Source of the DNA: Phyllobates terribilis
Lineage: Eukaryota
Length of the DNA stretch: 64,000 nucleotides
Direction of reading: 5' to 3'
Assembly: GCF_046119375.1 (NCBI RefSeq)
Contig: NW_027362767.1
Coordinates: 15,562,001-15,626,000 of the forward strand
Positions 1 through 11,849 of this stretch are shown piece after piece. The notes beneath the pieces are model-generated. The model had not been told where the DNA came from and made no database searches. It was given only the letters and a program-made list of their open reading frames with translations. Each line of letters opens with the position of its first letter. The stretch's first letter is position 1. Position numbers and translations under genes: made by a program.

Positions 1-1058
1 CCCGCACAGTCACCACACAGGATAAAGAGAATAACCCCACACAGTCACCACACAGGATAAAGAGGAGAATAACCCCGCACAGTCACCACACAAGATAAAG
101 AGAATAACCCCACACAGTCAGCACACAGGGTAAAGAGGAGAATAACCCTGCACAGTCACTGCACAGGATAAAGAGCAGACTAACCCCGCACAGGATAAAG
201 AGGAGAATAACCCCGCACAGTCACCACACAGGATAAAGAGGAGAATAACCCCGCACAGTCACCACACAAGATAAAGAGAATAACCCCACACAGGATAAAG
301 AGGAGAATAACCCCGCACAGTCACCACACAGGATAAAGAGCGGAATAACCCCGCACAGTCACCACACAAGATAAAGAGGAGAATAACCCCGCACAGTCAC
401 CACACAGGATAAAGAGAATAACCCCGCACAGTCACCACACAGGATAAAGAGAATAACCCCGCACAGTCACCACACAGGATAAAGAGGAGAATAACCCCGC
501 ACAGTCACCACACAGGGTAAAGAGAATAACCCCACACAGGATAAAGAGGAGAATAACCCCGCACAGTCACCACACAGGATAAAGAGCGGAATAACCCCGC
601 ACAGTCACCACACAAGATAAAGAGGAGAATAACCCCGCACAGTCACCACACAGGATAAAGAGAATAACCCCGCACAGTCACCACACAGGATAAAGAGAAT
701 AACCCCGCACAGTCACCACACAGGATAAAGAGGAGAATAACCCCGCACAGTCACCACACAAGATAAAGAGAATAACCCCACACAGGGTAAAGAGGAGAAT
801 AACCCCGCACAGTCACCACACAGGATAAAGAGAATAACCCCGCACAGTCACCACACAGGATAAAGAGAAGAATAACCCCGCACAGTCACCAACACAGGAT
901 AAAGAGAATAACCCCGCACAGTCACCACACAGGATAAAGAGGAGAATAACCCCGCACAGTCACCACACAGGATAAAGAGAATAACCCCGCACAGTCACCA
1001 CACAGGATAAAGAGGAGAATAACCCCGCACAGTCACTACACAGGATAAAGAGCGGAAT
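1..1058. repeat. Minisatellite, 35/38-bp unit (AGGATAAAGA[GGA]GAATAACCCCGCACAGTCACCACAC) with some 24-bp truncated units; continues beyond the left edge
   Basis: Tandem units read directly; length varies by a 3-bp indel. Confidence 0.95.
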
Positions 1059-1364
1059 AAAGGGTCGTCTATCCGGTCCCCTCCATCCGTCCCTCCATCC
1101 GGTTCCCCCGTGATGACGGCTCAGTGACTGCCGTCCGCACAGTGGACTTGGTAGACACTAGGAGCTGTGACGTCGGGGTCACTTGGGGTCCGCTCCTCTA
1201 TGTACGGACCCTTCTGCTCCCAAACGCTGTGGTTGGATTCTGTCAGTAGATTTCTATGTGATGCAGCAGAGCGCCGTCTGTGGTTAAAGGGAATCAAGCA
1301 GCAAAGATGGTGGTGACAGAAAACAATTCTATGGTGGTAGTGGGAGTCTCCGGGGTACGTGCGA

Positions 1365-2362
1365 CAGCAGGGGATGGGTTTGAGGTATCCAGAATACGTG
1401 TGTGTAGGTGTGTGTGTGTGCGTGTGATGGTGGGGGATGGGTTTGGGGTCTTCAGAATATGTGTGTGTGTGATATTGGGGAGGGATGGGTTTGAGGTCTT
1501 CAGAATACGTGTGTGTGTGATGGTGGGGGATGGGTTTGGGGTCTCCAGAATACGTATGTGTGTGATGGTGGGGGATGGGTTTGGGGTCTCCAGAATACAT
1601 GTGTGTGTGATGGTGGGGGATGGGTTTGGGGTCTCCAGAATACGTGTGTGTGTGATGGTGGGGGATGGGTTTGGGGTCTCCAGAATACGTGTGTGTGTGA
1701 TGGTGGGGGATGGGTTTGGGGTCTCCAGAATACGTGTGTGTGTGATGGTGGGGGATGGGTTTGGGGTCTCCAGAATACGTGTGTGTGTGATGGTGGGGGA
1801 TGGGTTTGGGGTCTCCAGAATACGTGTGTGTGTGTGATGGTGGGGGATGGGTTTGGGGTCTCCAGAATACGTGTGTGTGTGATGGTGGGGGATGGGTTTG
1901 GGGTCTTCAGAATACGTATGTGTGTGATGGTGGGGGATGGGTTTGGGGTCTCCAGAATACGTATGATATTGGGGGGGGATGGGTTTGGGGTCTTCAGAAT
2001 ACGTATGTGTGTGATGGTGGGGGATGGGTTTGGGGTCTTCAGAATACGTATGTGTGTGATGGTGGGGGATGGGTTTGGGGTCTCCAGAATACGTATGATA
2101 TTGGGGGGGGATGGGTTTGGGGTCTTCAGAATATGTGTGTATGATATTGGGGGGGATGGGTTTGGGGTCTTTAGAATACGTGTGTGAGATGTTGGGGGGA
2201 TGGGTTTGGAGTCTCCAGAATACGCGTGTGTGCGTGTGTATGATGGTGGGGGATGGGTTTGGGGTCTTCAGAATATATGTGTAGGATATTGGGGGGGATG
2301 GGTTTGGGGTCTTCAGAATACGTGTGTGTGATGGTGGGGGATGGGCTTGGGGTCTTCCGAAT

Positions 2363-2396
<34 letters not shown>

Positions 2397-2677
2397 TGGT
2401 GGGGGATGGGTTTGGGGTCTCCAGAATGTGTGTGTATGATATTGGGGGGGATGGGTTTGGGGTCTTCAGAATACGTGTGTATGATGGTGGGGGATGGGTT
2501 TGGGGTCTTCAGAATACGTGTGTATGATGGTGGGGGGTGGGTTTGGGGTCTTCAGAATATGTGTGTATGATGGTGGGGGGTGGGTTTGGGGTCTTCAGAA
2601 TATGTGTGTATGATATTGGGGTGGATGGGTCTGGGGTCTTCAGAATACGTGTGTGTGTGTGATGGGGTCTTCAGAAT

Positions 2678-2708
<31 letters not shown>

Positions 2709-3402
2709 ATGGTGGGGGATGGGTTTGGGGTTTTCAGAATATGTGTGTATGATATTGGGGGGGATGGGTTTGGGGTCTTCAGAATATGTGTGTGATGGTG
2801 GGGGATGTGTTTGGGGTCTTCAGAATACGTGTGTGTGATGGTGGGGGATGGGTTTGGGGTCTCCAGAATACGTATATGATGGTGGGGGATGGGTTTGGGG
2901 TCTTCAGAATACGTGTGTGATGGTGGGCGATGGGTTTGGGGTCTTCAGAATATGTGTGTGTGATATTGGGGGGATGGGTTTGGGGTCTCCAGAATACGTG
3001 TGTGTGTGTGATGGTGGGGGATGGGTTTGGGGTCTTCAGAATACGTGTGTGTGTGATGGTGGGGGATGGGATTGGGGTCTTCAGAATATGTGTGTGTGAT
3101 ATTGGTGAGGGATGGGTTTGGGGTATCCAGAATACGTGTGTGTGTGTGATGGTGGGGGATGGGTTTGGGGTCTCCAGAATACGTGTGTGTGTGATGGTGG
3201 GGGATGGGTTTGTGGTCTTCAGAATACGTATGTGTGTGATGGTGGGGGATGGGTTTGGGGTCTCCAGAATACGTATAATATTGGGGGGGATGGGTTTGGG
3301 GTCTTCAGAATACGTGTGTGTGATGGTGGGGGATGGGTTTGGGGTCTTCAGAATACGTGTGTGTGTGTGTGTGTGTGTGTGTGATGGTGAGGGATGGGTT
3401 CA
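1365..3402. repeat. Minisatellite, about 45-bp unit (GTGATGGTGGGGGATGGGTTTGGGGTCTCCAGAATACGTGTGTGT) with an embedded variable (GT)n tract
   Basis: 45-bp period seen (TGGGTTT at 1621 and 1666); expanded (GT)n runs near 2365-2394, 2680-2708 and 3355-3383. Confidence 0.95.
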
Positions 3403-3419
3403 TTAAGCTCAGCAGCCAT

Positions 3420-3560
3420 GCTGAAGTACATAGCGTGTACAGCTGAGTCTAGTGATTGGCTGCAGCGGTGAGGTGAGTGGAGATTGTGACGTCACCACTG
3501 GAACCTGTAAACAATGAATGGAGATGCTGTACTGGACCTGGGGAGGGTGAATAAGAGATG
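3420..3560. mobile_element. Possible degenerate internal fragment of an anuran MITE
   Basis: GATTGGCTGCAGCGGT, GGTGAGT and the palindrome GTGACGTCAC (3486-3495) resemble internal motifs of frog non-autonomous DNA transposons. No TIRs or TSD found. Confidence 0.25.
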
Positions 3561-3744
3561 GGTTTATTAAAATTAGCACAGGGACAATAACGTGGTGAAA
3601 AAATTATAACTAGAAAATATTTTTTCTAAGGTTTAGTAACAATTGGAAAATATTAAGATTTTAAGACACTTTACAAACATAAGGACATCCTGACCCCAGA
3701 GGACGAGTCCTAACAACCGCAGTCTCATAAGGCGCAGCCGGCTA

Positions 3745-4743
3745 GAAAGGAGGGGAAGCGGGAGAGGTGAAGCACGGCGGGGGAAGCGGGAGAGGGGGAA
3801 GCGGGAGCGCGAGAGGGGAAAGGCGGCGGGGGAAGCGGGAGAGGGGGAAGCGGGAGCGCGAGAGGGGAAAGGCGGCGGGGGAAGCGGAGAGGGGAAAGGC
3901 GGCGGGGGAAGCGGAGAGGGGAAAGGCGGCGGGGGAAGCGGAGAGGGGAAAGGCGGCGGGGGAAGCGGAGAGGGGAAAGGCGGCGGGGGAAGCGGAGAGG
4001 GGAAACGCGGCGGGGGAAGCGGAGAGGGGAAACGCGGCGGGGGAAGCGGAGAGGGGAAACGCGGCGGGGGAAGCAGAGAGGGGAAAGGCGGCGGGGGAAG
4101 CAGAGAGGGGAAAGGCGGCGGGGGAAGCAGAGAGGGGAAAGGCGGCGGGGGAAGCAGAGAGGGGAAAGGCGGCGGGGGAAGCAGAGAGGGGAAAGGCGGC
4201 GGGGGAAGCAGAGAGGGGAAAGGCGGCGGGGGAAGCAGAGAGGGGAAAGGCGGCGGGGGAAGCAGAGAGGGGAAAGGCGGCGGGGGAAGCAGAGAGGGGA
4301 AAGGCGGCGGGGAAGCAGAGAGGGGAAAGGCGGCGGGGGAAGCAGAGAGGGGAAAGGCGGCGGGGGAAGCAGAGAGGGGAAAGGCGGCGGGGGAAGCAGA
4401 GAGGGGAAAGGCGGCGGGGGAAGCAGAGAGGGGAAAGGCGGCGGGGGAAGCAGAGAGGGGAAAGGCGGCGGGGGAAGCAGAGAGGGGAAAGGCGGCGGGG
4501 GAAGCAGAGAGGGGAAAGGCGGCGGGGGAAGCAGAGAGGGGAAACGCGGCGGGGGAAGCAGAGAGGGGAAACGCGGCGGGGGAAGCAGAGAGGGGAAACG
4601 CGGCGGGGGAAGCAGAGAGGGGAAACGTGGCGGGGGAAGCAGAGAGGGGAAACGCGGCGGGGGAAGCAGAGAGGGGAAACGCGGCGGGGGAAGCAGAGAG
4701 GGGAAACGCGGCGGGGGAAGCAGAGAGGGGAAACGCGGCGGGG
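3745..4743. repeat. 27-bp G-rich minisatellite (GAAGCAGAGAGGGGAAAGGCGGCGGGG)
   Basis: 27-bp period (4081 vs 4108); about 36 units; GCGG/GCAG and AAAGG/AAACG variants occur in blocks. Confidence 0.96.
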
Positions 4744-5181
4744 AACCATTGAGAATCTTATTTTTGTTCTCATTTTAAGACTGTGCCAAATGCTCAGCTG
4801 TGAGCCGGCACGCACTTTGTGTGCACTCGGGGGGGTATCCATGATACAATCACACTGCACTGTTTGTGCTCACAATTCTTAGTCCATGGCAAATTGGTGT
4901 GAACATATTTCGTCTATCTGCAGCAGACGCCGCTGCTCTTAACATGTGGGGACTCTATAGACGTTAGAATCACATAAAAATCCTGGTCTGAGATTTCCCC
5001 TCATTAAATCCACCTAGAAAACCGCAGCACCCCCCCACCCCCGACTCTGCACAGGCTGCCGGTGTCAGGAGTCCTCCCACTGCAGCCAGTCGCCTGCAGC
5101 GCTGCAGCAGACAGAAGATGTCTAACCCTTCCCATAGAGGTTCTCCATCTCTGTAATTGATCACAATCCCCAGATAAGACT

Positions 5182-5205
5182 CCCCCCCCCCCCCCCCCCC
5201 CCCCC
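5182..5205. repeat. Poly-C tract (24 C)
   Basis: Read directly; sits at the start of the C/T-rich array complex. Confidence 0.9.
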
Positions 5206-6964
5206 TGCTCCGCTCCTCACTCGCTGCTCCCCCTCACCATTCACAGCTCGGCTCCTCACTCGCTGCTCCCCCTCACCATTCACAGCTCGGCTCCTCACTC
5301 GCTGCTCCCCCTCACCATTCACAGCTCGGCTCCTCACTCGCTGCTCCGCTTGCTAACTGCCCCCTACTCACTACTCCGCTCCTCCTCCTCATTCACAGCT
5401 TGGCTCCTCACTGCCCCCCCACTCACTGCTCCACACTCCGCTTTTCATTCACTGCTCCCCCCTCCGCTCCTCACTCGCTGCTCAGCTCCTCACTCGCTGC
5501 TCCCCCTTCGCTCCACTTGCTGCTGCTCCTCCGCCTCCTCACTCGCTCCTCCTCACTAGCTGCTGCTCCTCCTCACTCACTCCTCCTCACTCGCTGCTGC
5601 TGCTCCTCATCCTCCTCCTCACTCGCTGCTGCTGCTCCTCATCCTCCTCCTCACTCGCTGCTGCCGCTCCTCATCCTCCTCCTCACTCGCTGCTGCCGCT
5701 CCTCATCCTCCTCCTCACTCGCTGCTGCCGCTCCTCATCCTCCTTCTCACTCGCTGCTGCCGCTCCTCATCCTCCTCCTCACTCGCTGCTGCCGCTCCTC
5801 ATCCTCCTCCTCACTCGCTGCTGCTCCTCATCCTCCTCCTCACTCGCTGCTGCCGCTCCTCATCCTCCTCCTCACTCGCTGCTGCCGCTCCTCATCCTCC
5901 TCCTCACTCGCTGCTGCCGCTCCTCATCCTCCTCCTCACTCGCTGCTGCCGCTCCTCATCCTCCTCCTCACTCGCTGCTGCCGCTCCTCATCCTCCTCCT
6001 CACTCGCTGCTGCCGCTCCTCATCCTCCTCCTCACTCGCTGCTGCCGCTCCTCATCCTCCTCCTCACTCGCTGCTGCTCCTCATCCTCCTCCTCACTCGC
6101 TGCTGCTGCTCCTCATCCTCCTCCTCACTCGCTGCTGCTGCTCCTCATCCTCCTCCTCACTCGCTGCTGCTGCTCCTCATCCTCCTCCTCACTCGCTGCT
6201 GCTGCTCCTCATCCTCCTCCTCACTCGCTGCTGCTGCTCCTCATCCTCCTCCTCACTCGCTGCTGCTCCTCATCCTCCTCCTCACTCGCTGCTGCTGCTC
6301 CTCATCCTCCTCCTCACTCGCTGCTGCTGCTCCTCATCCTCCTCCTCCTCACTCGCTGCTGCTCCTCATCCTCCTCACTCGCTGCTGCTCCTCATCCTCC
6401 TCCTCCTCACTCGCTGCTGCTCCTCATCCTCCTCCTCCTCACTCGCTGCTGCTCCTCATCCTCCTCACTCGCAGCTCCTCCTCACAAACCCTGCTCCTCA
6501 CTTGCTGTTCCCCCTCCTCAATCGCAGGTTCTCATCCTCCTCAGATTTGCTCCTCACTCGCCGCTCCCCCTCCTCCTCACTCGCTGCTCCTCACAGCTTT
6601 GCTTCCTGCTCGCTTCTCCTCCTCCTCATTCGCTGCTCCTCAATCACAGCTCCGCCTCCTCACTCGCAGATCCTCCTCCAATGACCAGCTCCTCACTCGC
6701 AGCTCCTCCTCCAATGCCATGCTCCTCAGTCGCTGCTCCGCCCCTCAATCACTGCTCCTCACTCGCCGCTCCTCATCCTCCTCACTCGCCGCTCCTCACA
6801 GCTTTGCTTCTTACTCACTGCTCCCCCCTCGGCTCCTCATTCGCTGCTCCTCCTCCTCATTCACTGCTCCTCCCCACTCACTGCTCCTCCTCCTCCAATG
6901 ACCCGCTCCTCACTCGCTGCTCCTCCTCTTCAATCGCTGATCCCCCTCCTCACAGCTTTGCTTC
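5206..6964. repeat. Pyrimidine-rich minisatellite complex: 3 x 39-bp units (5213-5340), a 32-bp array (CTCCTCATCCTCCTCCTCACTCGCTGCTGCCG, about 5560-6480) and degenerate flanks
   Basis: Periods read directly (32 bp: 5881 vs 5913); all parts share the core CCTCACTCGCTGCT. Confidence 0.92.
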
Positions 6965-6966
6965 TA

Positions 6967-7824
6967 GGCTGTATGCCCACTATGCGTTTTTCAAGCGTTT
7001 TTGCCGCGGAATTTCCGCAGCGAAAACGCATAAAAAACGCTTGGTAATCCATGCCCCATGTCAATTTCCGTAATCGCCGCCACTGACTTGCATTGAAATG
7101 CTTAATATCCATGTCAGCACATTTGCACACACGGATATTAAGCCTTTCTATGTGCGGATGGTACCCGGGTTTGGAGAAGATGAGATTCTCATCCAGACTC
7201 GGGTACCATAGAACCTGTAAAAAAAGAATTTAAAATAAAGATTATACTTACCTTCCGATGTCCTCCCGGTATTTTCTCAACTGCATCCGGTCTGTTGCGC
7301 TGCTCGCGGTGGTGTGAAGGGCTTACTGTGATGTCAGAGTCATGTGACAGGTCACATGACTCAATGACGTCATGACAGGTCCTTCACAACAACGCGACCC
7401 ATACAGCAGACCAGACGGAGGGGAGAAAACACTCGGAAGGTAAGTATAATCTTTATTTTTTATTTTATTCTTTTTTTTACAGGTTCTATGGTACCCGAGT
7501 CTGGAGGAGAGTCTCCTGTCCTCCACACCTGGGTACCATCTGCACATTGAAACGTGTGATATCCGCATGTACAGATGCAGTGATGCAGATGTCACGCGGT
7601 CCAATGCAAGTCAATGGCGGCGATTACGCTATGTGTCCACAAAATCAATGGACATGCTTTTCCGCAATGATAATCCGCAGTGAAAATTTCCGCAGCATGT
7701 GCACAGCACATGAGGATTATCATTGGGGACCATGGGGCATGGATTACCAAGCGTTTTGTAAGCGTTTTCGCTGCGGAAATTCTGCGGTAAAAACGCTTGA
7801 AAAACGCATAGTGGGCATACAGCC
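6967..7824. mobile_element. 858-bp fold-back MITE (non-autonomous DNA transposon; about 94-bp TIR starting GGCTGTATGCCCACTATGCG; flanked by TA)
   Basis: The ends are near-perfect reverse complements over about 94 bp. An internal inverted pair (about 7158-7258 vs 7433-7540) and a central palindrome GAGTCATGTGAC-AG-GTCACATGACTC (7337-7362) are present. TA at 6965-6966 and 7825-7826. Superfamily (PIF/Harbinger-like vs TA-targeting) not resolved. Confidence 0.9.
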
Positions 7825-7826
7825 TA

Positions 7827-10800
7827 ACTCGCTGCTCCCTCTCATTCGCTGCTCCTCCTTCTCCTCACTCACTCGCTGCTCCGCTCTCCCTCACTGCTCC
7901 CCCCACCACTCCTCACTCGCAGCTCCTCTTCCTCCTCACAGCTTTGCTTCTTACTTGTGCTCCTCCACCCTCACAGCTCCATCTCCTAACTCGCAGCTGC
8001 TCCGCTCCCCCCTCCTCACTCGCTGCTCCCCCCTCCGCTCCTCACTGCTTCTCCTCTTCCTCACTCGCTGCTCCCCCCTCCGCTCCTCACTGCTTCTCCT
8101 CTTCCTCACTCACTGCTCCCCCCTCCGCTCCTCACTGCTTCTCCTCTTCCTCACTCATTGCTCCCCCCTCCGCTCCTCACTGCTTCTCCTCTTTCTCACT
8201 CGCTGCTCCCCCCTCCGCTCCTCACTGCTTCTCCTCTTTCTCACTCGCTGCTCCCCCCTCCGCTCCTCACTGCTTCTCCTCTTCCTCACTCGCTGCCCCC
8301 CCTCCGCTCCTCACTGCTTCTCCTCTTCCTCACTCACTGCTCCCCCCTCCGCTCCTCACTGCTTCTCCTCTTCCTCACTCATTGCTCCCCCCTCCGCTCC
8401 TCACTGCTTCTCCTCTTTCTCACTCGCTGCTCCCCCCTCCGCTCCTCACTGCTTCTCCTCTTTCTCACTCGCTGCTCCCCCCTCCGCTCCTCACTGCTTC
8501 TCCTCTTCCTCACTCGCTGCTCCCCCCTCCGCTCCTCACTGCTTCTCCTCTTCCTCACTCATTGCTCCCCCCTCCGCTCCTCACTGCTTCTCCTCTTTCT
8601 CACTCGCTGCTCCCCCCTCCGCTCCTCACTGCTTCTCCTCTTCCTCACTCGCTGCTCCCCCCTCCGCTCCTCACTGCTTCTCCTCTTCCTCACTCACTGC
8701 TCCCCCCTCCCTCACTCGCTACTCCCCCCTCCGTTCTTCACTGCTTCTCCTCTTCCTCACTCGCTGCTCCCCCTTCCGCTCCTCACTGCTTCTCCTCTTC
8801 CTCACTCGCTACTCCCCCCTCCGTTCTTCACTGCTTCTCCTCTTCCTCACTCGCTACTCCCCCCTCCGTTCTTCACTGCTTCTCCTCTTCCTCACTCGCT
8901 GCTCCCCCCTCCGCTCCTCACTGCTTCTCCTCTTCCTCACTCGCTGCTCCCCCCTCCGCTCCTCACTGCTTCTCCTCTTCCTCACTCGCTGCTCCCCCCT
9001 CCGCTCCTCACTGCTTCTCCTCTTCCTCACTCGCTGCTCCCCCCTCCGCTCCTCACTGCTTATCCTCTTCCTCACTCGCTGCTCCCCCCTCCGCTCCTCA
9101 CTGCTTCTCCTCTTCCTCACTCGCTGCTCCCCCCTCCGCTCTTCACTGCTTCTCCTCTTCCACTTCCTCACTCGCTGCTCCCCCCTCCGCTCCTCACTGC
9201 TTCTCCTCTTCCTCACTCGCTGCTCCCCCCTCTGTTCTTCACTGCTTCTCCTCTTCCTCACTCGCTGCTCCCCCCTCCGCTCTTCACTGCTTCTCCTCTT
9301 CCTCACTCGCTGCTCCCCCCTCCGCTCCTCACTGCTTCTCCTCTTCCTCACTCGCTGCTCCCCCCTCCGCTCTTCACTGCTTCTCCTCTTCCTCACTCGC
9401 TGCTCCCCCCTCCGCTCTTCACTGCTTCTCCTCTTCCTCACTCGCTGCTCCCCCCTCCGCTCTTCACTGCTTCTCCTCTTCCTCACTCGCTGCTCCCCCC
9501 TCCGCTCTTCACTGCTTCTCCTCTTCCTCACTCGCTGCTCCCCCCTCTGTTCTTCACTGCTTCTCCTCTTCCTCACTCGCTGCTCCCCCCTCCGCTCTTC
9601 ACTGCTTCTCCTCTTCCTCTTCCTCACTTGCTGCTCCCCCCTCCGCTCCTCACTGCTTCTCCTCTTCCTCACTCGCTGCTCCCCCCTCCGCTCCTCACTG
9701 CTTCTCCTCTTCCTCACTCGCTGCTCCCCCCTCCGCTCCTCACTGCTTCTCCTCTTCCTCACTCGCTGCTCCCCCCTCCGCTCTTCACTGCTTCTCCTCT
9801 TCCACTTCCTCACTCGCTGCTCCCCCCTCCGCTCCTCACTGCTTCTCCTCTTCCTCACTCGCTGCTCCCCCCTCCGCTCCTCACTGCTTCTCCTCTTCCT
9901 CACTCGCTGCTCCCCCCTCTGTTCTTCACTGCTTCTCCTCTTCCTTACTCGCTGCTCCCCCCTCCGCTCCTCACTGCTTCTCCTCTTCCTCACTCGCTAC
10001 TCCCCCCTCCGTTCTTCACTGCTTCTCCTCTTCCTCACTCGCTGCTCCCCCCTCCGCTCCTCACTGCTTCTCCTCTTCCTCACTCGCTGCTCCCCCCTCC
10101 GCTCCTCACTGCTTCTCCTCTTCCTCACTCGCTGCTCCCCCCTCCGCTCCTCACAGCTTCTCCTCTTCCTCACTCGCTGCTCCCCCCTCCGTTCTTCACT
10201 GCTTCTCCTCTTCCTCACTCGCTGCTCCCCCCTCCGTTCTTCACTGCTTCTCCTCTTCCTTACTAGCTGCTCCCCCCTCCGTTCTTCACTGCTTCTCCTC
10301 TTCCTCACTCGCTGCTCCCCGCTCCGCTCCTCACTGCTTCCCCTCTTCCTTACTCGCTGCTCCCCCCTCTGTTCTTCACAGCTTCTCCTCTTCCTCACTC
10401 GCTGCTCCCCCCTCCGTTCTTCACTGCTTCTCCTCTTCCTTACTCGCTGCTCCCCCCTCTGTTCTTCACAGCTTCTCCTCTTCCTCACTCGCTGCTCCCC
10501 CCTCCGTTCTTCACTGCTTCTCCTCTTCCTCACTCGCTGCTCCCCGCTCCGCTCCTCACTGCTTCTCCTCTTCCTCACTCGCTGCTCCCCCCTCCGCTCC
10601 TCACTGCTTCTCCTCTTCCTTACTCGCTGCTCCCCCCTCTGTTCTTCACAGCTTCTCCTCTTCCTCACTCGCTGCTCCCCCCTCCGTTCTTCACTGCTTC
10701 TCCTCTTCCTTACTCGCTGCTCCCCGCTCCGCTCCTCACTGCTTCTCCTCTTCCTCACTCGCTGCTCACCCCTCTGTTCTTCACTGCTTCTCCTCTTCCT

Positions 10801-11512
10801 CACTCGCTGCTCCCCCCTCCGCTCCTCACTGCTTCTCCTCTTCCTCACTCGCTGCTCCCCCCTCTGTTCTTCTCTGCTTCTCCTCTTCCTCACTCGCTGC
10901 TCCCCCCTCCGCTCCTCACTGCTTCTCCTCTTCCTCACTCGCTGCTCCCCCCTCTGTTCTTCACTGCTTCTCCTCTTCCTTACTCGCTGCTCCTCCCTCC
11001 GCTCCTCACTGCTTCTCCTCTTCCTCACTCGCTGCTCCCCCCTCCGCTCCTCACTGCTTCTCCTCTTCCTTACTCGCTGCTCCTCCCTCCGCTCCTCACT
11101 GCTTCTCCTCTTCCTCACTCGCTGCTCCCCCCTCCGCTCTTCACTGCTTCTCCTCTTCCTCTTCCTCACTCGCTGCTCCCCCCTCCGCTCCTCACTGCTT
11201 CTCCTCTTCCTCACTCGCTGCTCCCCCTCCGCTCCTCACTGCTTCTCCTCTTCCTCACTCGCAGCTCCTCCTCCTCACTCGCTGCTCCCCCCTCCGCTCC
11301 TCACTGCTTCTCCTCTTCCTCACTCGCAGCTCCTCCTCCTCACTCGCTGCTCCCCCCTCTGTTCTTCACTGCTTCTCCTCTTCCTCTTCCTCACTCGCTG
11401 CTCCCCCTCTGTTCTTCACTGCTTCTCCTCTTCCTTACTCGCTGCTCCCCCCTCCGCTCCTCACTGCTTCTCCTCTTCCTCACTCGCAGCTTCTCCTCCT
11501 CACTCGCTGCAC
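7827..11512. repeat. 45-bp pyrimidine-rich minisatellite (CTCACTCGCTGCTCCCCCCTCCGCTCCTCACTGCTTCTCCTCTTC) with degenerate ends
   Basis: 45-bp period (8941 vs 8986); about 75 units from about 8010; occasional 6-bp CTCTTC/CACTTC insertions. Confidence 0.96.
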
Positions 11513-11599
11513 CTCTCCTCTGCACAGTTCCTGCTCGGACACCGAAGCGTCCGTAACGACCTACACAAGACTCCACTTCTTGCGGTACGCGGTCGCAGA

Positions 11600-11800
11600 C
11601 TCAATGACGTCACTCTCCAGCGGTCGCTACGATGATCAGCGTGGATTGAGGGAGGAGCGCGGATCACATGACTTGTCCCTTTCTCGCAGTAGACGGGGCA
11701 AGACGTCATGTAGGGCGAGCGGCCAATCTGTGTGCAAGAATGTTGATTTCCATAGTAACGCGTAACCAACCCGGAGCGCGGAGAGTGCGGGGGGCGTGGC
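11600..11800. promoter_or_regulatory. CpG-rich TATA-less promoter of FAM161B, possibly bidirectional
   Basis: Unique CpG-dense island between two arrays. Motifs: CRE TGACGTCA 11605-11612, E-box TCACATGA 11664-11671, half-CRE 11702-11708, CCAAT 11723-11727, RFX X-box ATTTCCATAGTAAC 11746-11759, GC-box GGGGCGTGGC 11791-11800. Confidence 0.75.
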
Positions 11801-11837
11801 TTGTCAGTTTGTTTCTCATTATATCAGCACGGAACGG
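11801..11837 (+). other. FAM161B: Probable non-coding exon 1 of FAM161B (5' boundary approximate)
   Basis: Donor CGG|GTGAGA at 11838 just downstream of the promoter motifs; no ATG between the X-box and the donor; the next exon has an acceptor upstream of a Kozak ATG. Confidence 0.55.
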
Positions 11838-11849
11838 GTGAGACTAGAG

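Noticed and set aside
3742-4882. 371/372-aa ORFs (GKAAGEAER)n and (RRLSPLCFP)n
   Set aside because: 27-bp in-frame repeat artefact; no supporting splice or promoter context.
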